From: Lama glama
Taxonomy: Eukaryota
NCBI GenBank assembly: GCA_028534125.1
Contig: CM052832.1
Span: 9,116,001 to 9,180,000 of the forward strand
Direction of reading: 5' to 3'
DNA: 64,000 nucleotides
The notes beneath the pieces are model-generated. The model saw only the letters and a program-made list of their open reading frames with translations, had not been told where the DNA came from and made no database searches. Shown here piece after piece: positions 63,231-64,000 of the stretch. Positions within the stretch are counted from its first letter, which is position 1. Every line of letters begins with the position of its first letter. A program made the position numbers and the translations under genes.

Positions 63231-64000
63231 CATATGCTCTTTGTCTAGTGTTTCTAACTAAAGGAGTCAGAGAAGAAACAAACATAAAAAGGTGAAATAT
63301 CAGAAAAAAATTATTTGCAGATTACTAGAAATTCAAAGGAATCAACACAAAATATTAGAAAAAAATGTTAAGAAAACCAGATAGATACAAGATGGATATA
63401 TAAAAATCAGTAGTTTTCTTACATGTTAGTCATAATGAGATTGAAAATATGAATGATTTACTATAGTATCAAACATATAAAACACAAAGACTTAATTAAA
63501 AATGTGTAAGACCTGGGCAGGGAGGGGAGTGAATGAAGGGCCGCAAATGGCAAAATATCCTTCTTTCTTATGTGTGAGTTGTATTCCATTACATACATAT
63601 GCTACATATTTTTTATCTGTTCATCTTTTGATGTGCACTTAGGATGCTTCCGTATCTTGGCAATTATAAATAATTTTTATGTTAATAGCAGGGTGTATGT
63701 ATCTATTTGAATTAATTATTATTTCATGGTTGGCTTTATTCCTTTGGTAACTATGTAAGTTAAAAAAGCTAAATCTCTAAATGTTCTTAGAAACAATGAA
63801 CAGTACATATATGTAAATTAAAAAGTATGTGCAGTATATTGTGTATATGTATTTACATGCAATATATTGTATATGTGCAGTCAAATCGTAACAACTCTAC
63901 CTAATAAAACTGAAAACTGAAAAAAAATCAATATTCACCTGATCCCAAATAAATCACTAGGTTTTAAAATATGGGAAAAAAAATGCTGTAAGACCCATCA

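Noticed and set aside
60511..64000. Search for UBR2 exon 11
   Set aside because: No segment with a UBR2-like translation and splice sites; only repeats, so the exon presumably lies beyond the window.
1..64000. A novel multi-gene system, CRISPR array, operon or intact autonomous element
   Set aside because: All coding signal is explained by PRPH2, UBR2 and degraded L1. I saw no regularly spaced repeat arrays or intact transposon ORFs.

Overview
Mammalian genomic DNA, probably a camelid (inferred from five copies of a tRNA-derived SINE resembling the camelid Vic-1 family). Two genes converge tail to tail. PRPH2 (peripherin-2/RDS) is on the + strand: coding exon 2 at 4320-4566, exon 3 at 7367-7579, and a 3' UTR to about 9040; exon 1 lies upstream of the window. 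UBR2 (N-end-rule E3 ligase) is on the - strand: 36 coding exons between 60510 and 14095, numbered 12-47 by counting back from the last exon of the 47-exon human model. They splice GT-AG into an uninterrupted 3987-nt frame (1328 aa + stop), with a 3' UTR to about 12005. The rest is intronic or intergenic sequence with L1, L2, MIR, MER5, MLT and SINE relics and one 500-N gap. I found no novel gene system. The most interesting signals are retrotransposition and splicing scars: (1) a ~52-bp insert whose perfect 17-bp target-site duplication copied the UBR2 exon-36 splice acceptor, leaving an upstream acceptor that would read into an in-frame stop; (2) a separate 17-nt tandem duplication of the exon-28 acceptor; (3) an L1 flanked by a ~265-bp direct repeat that looks like a very long TSD; (4) a probable retrocopied mRNA 3' end in PRPH2 intron 1. 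Repeat family names are from recalled motifs, not a database search.
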